Shown here piece after piece: positions 63,946-64,000 of a DNA stretch of 64,000 nt (within the stretch, counting starts at the first letter, position 1; every line of letters starts with the position of its first letter). The stretch is taken from assembly GCA_002633005.1 (NCBI GenBank), contig NMRA01000210.1, forward strand, positions 434,001 to 498,000, given 5' to 3'. Made by a program: the position numbers and the translations under genes. The notes below the pieces were generated by a model. The model was not told the DNA's origin. It saw nothing but the letters and a program-made list of their open reading frames with translations, and did no database searches. This DNA is from Phoronis australis (Eukaryota > Animalia > Phoronida).

Positions 63946-64000
63946 CGACTAACAAACAATAAGTTTTACCCCGGCAACGTGTTGTTCGTCGGGTAAAATG

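Noticed and set aside
56981-64000. GRK2 exon 4 (expected IKxYEKL-like start)
   Set aside because: No acceptor followed by a matching frame was found; it presumably lies beyond the window.

Overview
Animal (invertebrate-like) nuclear genomic DNA: AT-rich, intron-containing and transposon-rich, with no operons, rRNA, intact tRNA or CRISPR arrays seen. Two host genes lie on the + strand. (1) The last three coding exons (359-566, 3319-3511, 8017-8327) of a short-form tRNase Z with the motif set of the TM-type (Thermotoga/plant TRZ1) subfamily rather than ELAC1/ELAC2; one of its introns appears to be GC-AG. (2) The first three coding exons (20600-20712, 20894-20970, 56907-56980) of a GRK2/3 (beta-adrenergic receptor kinase) orthologue, with a CpG-rich promoter and a 35.9-kb second intron. 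The rest is mobile DNA: Kolobok (THAP, TTAA), TA-flanked Tc1/pogo-type, Merlin-like, Crypton-like, Harbinger-like and 5-bp-TSD CA..TG MITEs, a decayed Academ-like transposase, R1/LOA LINE scraps, Helentron-type elements carrying ~150-bp-phased CTCF-like motifs, a Penelope-type inverted repeat with a minimal hammerhead ribozyme core, and minisatellites. The 9.3-19.2 kb intergenic block keeps its CpGs and holds several decayed, intronless, protein-like reading frames on both strands that may be a relic of a virus or Polinton. Most ORFs in the supplied track are spurious. All family assignments come from motif recognition by eye; no database searches were run.
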